Assembly: GCA_030603385.1 (NCBI GenBank)
Contig: JAUVXW010000008.1
Span: 73,248-137,247, forward strand
DNA from: Promethearchaeota archaeon
GTDB taxonomy: Archaea; Asgardarchaeota; Lokiarchaeia; Sigyniarchaeales; SOKP01
Length of the DNA stretch: 64,000 nucleotides
Direction of reading: 5' to 3'
Below are positions 61,351 through 64,000 of this stretch, in pieces (within the stretch, counting starts at the first letter, position 1; each line of letters opens with the position of its first letter). A program made the translations under genes and the position numbers. The notes below the pieces were generated by a model. That model was not told where the DNA came from. It saw only the letters and a list, made by a program, of their open reading frames with translations, and ran no database searches.

Positions 61351-62520
61351 TTATTTTTTAACTAAAATTTCCTTAATTTTCTCAGATCCACCATTGCCAA
61401 AAAATTCCTTAATTTTGTCAGAATATTCAGGTAACAGTTGTAAGAATGGCATTATAGCTTTTGAAAGCGATGAAAATGCTTCATTGCCATCACCCATGAT
61501 AAACATTTTATCAGGTTTTATATGTTTAAATATTTCAGGTAATATGTTTGTCAATTGAACAGCTAAGAATCTTTCATCTGCGCTTCCCATAGCCTCTACT
61601 TGTTTCTTGAAACCCTCCGCCTGAGCAAGCATTTGTTGTCTTATATTCTCAGATTCACCTTCAGCCTGGGCTATTAACCTTCGTTTTATTTGTTGAGCGT
61701 CAGCATCGGCTTCAATAATTTTCTTCTGTCTATCACCATCAGCCTCGATTTTTTTACGTTCTCTCTCTTGTTCTGCAATAGCAATTTCTTTATCTTTTCT
61801 TCGTATCTCAATTTCTCTTTCTACGAGTTGTTCTTGTATACCTACCTCATTTTTTACTTCTAATTCTCTCATTCTTGAATCTCTTTCAGCTTCAGCTTTA
61901 GCAATTCTAGCTTTTCGAAATTCTTCTGCTTGTTTAGTTGCCTCCATGTTTTTTTTTAGTTCCGGTTCTCCAATAATGACTTCTAAAATTTCTAAAGATT
62001 CAATAACTATTCCCCAATCAGCAGTTAATTCATGTAGATCCTTTTCAATGGGATCAATAATCTCCCTTCTTTCTCTAATGATCTTTTCCAATGGCATGTT
62101 AGCACAAGTAGTACGAATAATCGCTTCTGCTGCACCCTTTAATATTTTTTCAACATAATTATCATCTCTTGCATTCCATGATACAGCACTAAACGCTTTT
62201 TCTGGATCAATGACCTTCCAAATCAATAACCCTTCGATTTCTATATTTTGGTACTCAGTTGAAACTACTTGTTCATGAGCTTCAACCACAGTTTGAATAC
62301 TAGTAGTTGGAATGACAATATATTCATCTATTAATGGGAGAAGGAATAAACTTCCACCCAACCCTGCATGCTTGACTTTACCATTACGTAAATGAATTAC
62401 AAATTGGTTTGTTTTGAACTTTCTATATCGAGCAGCTAGGAATATTACAAACAGAAATACAACAATCCCTACTGTGACACCTATCCCTACAAATAAAGGA
62501 TTTAATTCTTGATATATCAA
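61351..62520 (-). CDS. SPFH/flotillin family protein
   Basis: N-terminal TM, band-7 domain, AEA-rich coiled coil. Confidence 0.9.
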   Translation of the reverse strand: MIYQELNPLFVGIGVTVGIVVFLFVIFLAARYRKFKTNQFVIHLRNGKVKHAGLGGSLFLLPLIDEYIVIPTTSIQTVVEAHEQVVSTEYQNIEIEGLLIWKVIDPEKAFSAVSWNARDDNYVEKILKGAAEAIIRTTCANMPLEKIIRERREIIDPIEKDLHELTADWGIVIESLEILEVIIGEPELKKNMEATKQAEEFRKARIAKAEAERDSRMRELEVKNEVGIQEQLVEREIEIRRKDKEIAIAEQERERKKIEADGDRQKKIIEADADAQQIKRRLIAQAEGESENIRQQMLAQAEGFKKQVEAMGSADERFLAVQLTNILPEIFKHIKPDKMFIMGDGNEAFSSLSKAIMPFLQLLPEYSDKIKEFFGNGGSEKIKEILVKK

Positions 62521-62634
62521 CTTTTTTTTTAAAACCTCCTTTTTTTTATTTTTAATCGAAAATTTTTAATTTTTTGTTTAAATCTCGAAAAATCATTACC
62601 TTTTCTTTTAAGTAAATATAAATCATAATCTATT

Positions 62635-63576
62635 TCATCTTCTCCTTTTTTTAATTGACCTCTTAGAATTATCAACTAATAAATAACCATTTTTCGCGTC
62701 GCATATGTATACACGATCACCCCTTTCAAAAATCGATTCTTCTATTACAGGTTTAACATGCAATCGTTCAAACTTTAATGGTGTCTTTGAAGGAATTTTA
62801 ATTACTCCCCCTCTGTCATCAACTTTTAATATTACCTCCCCTTCTTTTCCAATTAAATTCATTGTAGATGAAATTCTATAATAGCGCGATTTTGCCAGAA
62901 TTTTCCAAAGAGAATTTATTAATTTTATAGATAAAAATGAAATTGCAGGGGTGACGAAGAATATTAAATATCTTAAATTTACACCTAAAAGGTAATAAAA
63001 AGATAAACCTGAAATTCCATAAACTAGAAATGCGGTTGAAAACAAAAGCATAATTGGAGCAGGAGTAATAGTGGGTATTAAACCTGAATCAAACTCGCCC
63101 TCCATTTCTACGTCTAAGTCAGAATCCACATCTAATTCTGCTTCGACATCTAAATCCGCTTCAACTTCAACAGCATCTACATCGATTTCTGCCTCTATGT
63201 CATAATCAACATCTACATCAGTGTCGATATCTATATCGCCATCAATATCAATATCGACATCAGCATCAGCATCAATATCAATATCAGCATCGACATCAGC
63301 ATCAATATCTATTTCGGCATCAACGTCTACATCCACTTCGGCATCTATTTCACCAGCCCCCGTTATATTTGACTCCATTTGAGCTAAGAATGTGGAAATA
63401 ATCGATAATAAAAATCCTCCTATAAAAAATCCCAAACACAGGCTTAAAAAAATACTATAAAAATTATTATAGAGAAAGCCAATTGATGTCATTAATAGAC
63501 CAACAACTATAATCAGAAATATAGCAATATTATCCTTCCTTTTCCAGCGAAAGTACATAAATCCCTTATTTCGCAT
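62635..63576 (-). CDS. NfeD-like (YqiJ-type) flotillin partner with an acidic (D/E-hydrophobic)n tract
   Basis: TMs, DADVDADIDID tract, C-terminal LIGKEGEV...OB-fold. Confidence 0.8.
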   Translation of the reverse strand: MRNKGFMYFRWKRKDNIAIFLIIVVGLLMTSIGFLYNNFYSIFLSLCLGFFIGGFLLSIISTFLAQMESNITGAGEIDAEVDVDVDAEIDIDADVDADIDIDADADVDIDIDGDIDIDTDVDVDYDIEAEIDVDAVEVEADLDVEAELDVDSDLDVEMEGEFDSGLIPTITPAPIMLLFSTAFLVYGISGLSFYYLLGVNLRYLIFFVTPAISFLSIKLINSLWKILAKSRYYRISSTMNLIGKEGEVILKVDDRGGVIKIPSKTPLKFERLHVKPVIEESIFERGDRVYICDAKNGYLLVDNSKRSIKKRRR

Positions 63577-63616
63577 TGAGCGTCTAATTTTTTATTTTTT
63601 TTAAGTTTTTTTTTCA

Positions 63617-63814
63617 TTAAATTCTATATATTAAATTACAATGCTTACATCTAAAAAAACGGTGTCTGGCTCGTGGTATGGCATGGAAATCGGTAAAGAT
63701 TCTAATACATCCATACATTTTATCTATTGGAGATATTGTATCAATAACAGAGTCAGTATATCTCATTTTTCTATTACATTGTTTACAGTGCTCTCTCTTT
63801 CTTATTCTATTCAT
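63617..63814 (-). CDS. Small basic zinc-ribbon protein
   Basis: CKQC...FRCKHC. Confidence 0.55.
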   Translation of the reverse strand: MNRIRKREHCKQCNRKMRYTDSVIDTISPIDKMYGCIRIFTDFHAIPRARHRFFRCKHCNLIYRI

Positions 63815-63836
63815 TTTAATTCAAATAAATATAAAA

Positions 63837-64000
63837 CTATAATTTACTTCCGCATTGATAACAAAACCGGGCTTCCCTATCAACATTTTCGCCACAATAC
63901 CTACAAAAATTGACTTCATTAAGAGTAGGGGCTACTTCTGTAGGTTTCTCCTGATCTTGAGGTTCGAGTTGTTTCTGAATAGTTTCTCGAACAACATAGG
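63837..64000 (-). CDS. 3' end of a protein with a C-terminal zinc ribbon (partial)
   Basis: ...EVNFCRYCGENVDREARFCYQCGSKL* with TAG at 63839-63837. Confidence 0.8.
   Translation of the reverse strand, partial: YVVRETIQKQLEPQDQEKPTEVAPTLNEVNFCRYCGENVDREARFCYQCGSKL

Noticed and set aside
2216-62158. Short antisense or overlapping track ORFs (e.g. 2216, 7075, 8004, 20149, 25034, 46671, 48930, 49928, 61946)
   Set aside because: They are shadows of well-supported genes on the opposite strand or in another frame.
63641-63913. 90-aa plus-strand ORF
   Set aside because: It overlaps two minus-strand zinc-ribbon genes that have clearer motifs.
1-64000. CRISPR array, rRNA, transposase or integrase
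   Set aside because: No regularly spaced repeats, rRNA-like GC-rich tract or recognisable transposase/recombinase motifs were seen.

Overview
AT-rich archaeal chromosomal segment that looks like an Asgard archaeon (Lokiarchaeia-like). This is inferred from the actin-related protein, the single-domain gelsolin, two Roadblock/LC7 proteins, an MglA-type GTPase, BHB-intron tRNAs and archaeal AsnRS/GatAB. Housekeeping and metabolic genes include gyrB/gyrA, gatA/gatB, asnS, cofE, folP, nnr, a MenB/BadI-type crotonase, hbd, an SDR, a DEAD-box helicase, a beta-carbonic anhydrase and flotillin/NfeD. Main observations: (1) a promoterless single-ORF cassette sits between gyrB and gyrA, flanked by 35-bp direct repeats that duplicate the gyrB 3' end and contain a 12-bp palindrome; (2) a co-oriented ~10 kb cluster of gelsolin, Roadblock, CDC48-N/Pro-rich/vWA protein, coiled-coil protein, divergent ARP and an alpha-solenoid with a degenerate CHAT domain; (3) a membrane-protein ORF that continues in frame through a TGA lying 10 codons before a Cys (selenocysteine candidate or nonsense change); (4) a PD-(D/E)xK nuclease with four ~95-aa internal repeats; (5) tRNA-Met with two introns and tRNA-Thr with a T-loop intron; (6) genes that appear to need ATA or CTG starts. 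All family assignments come from motif recognition by eye; no database search was run.
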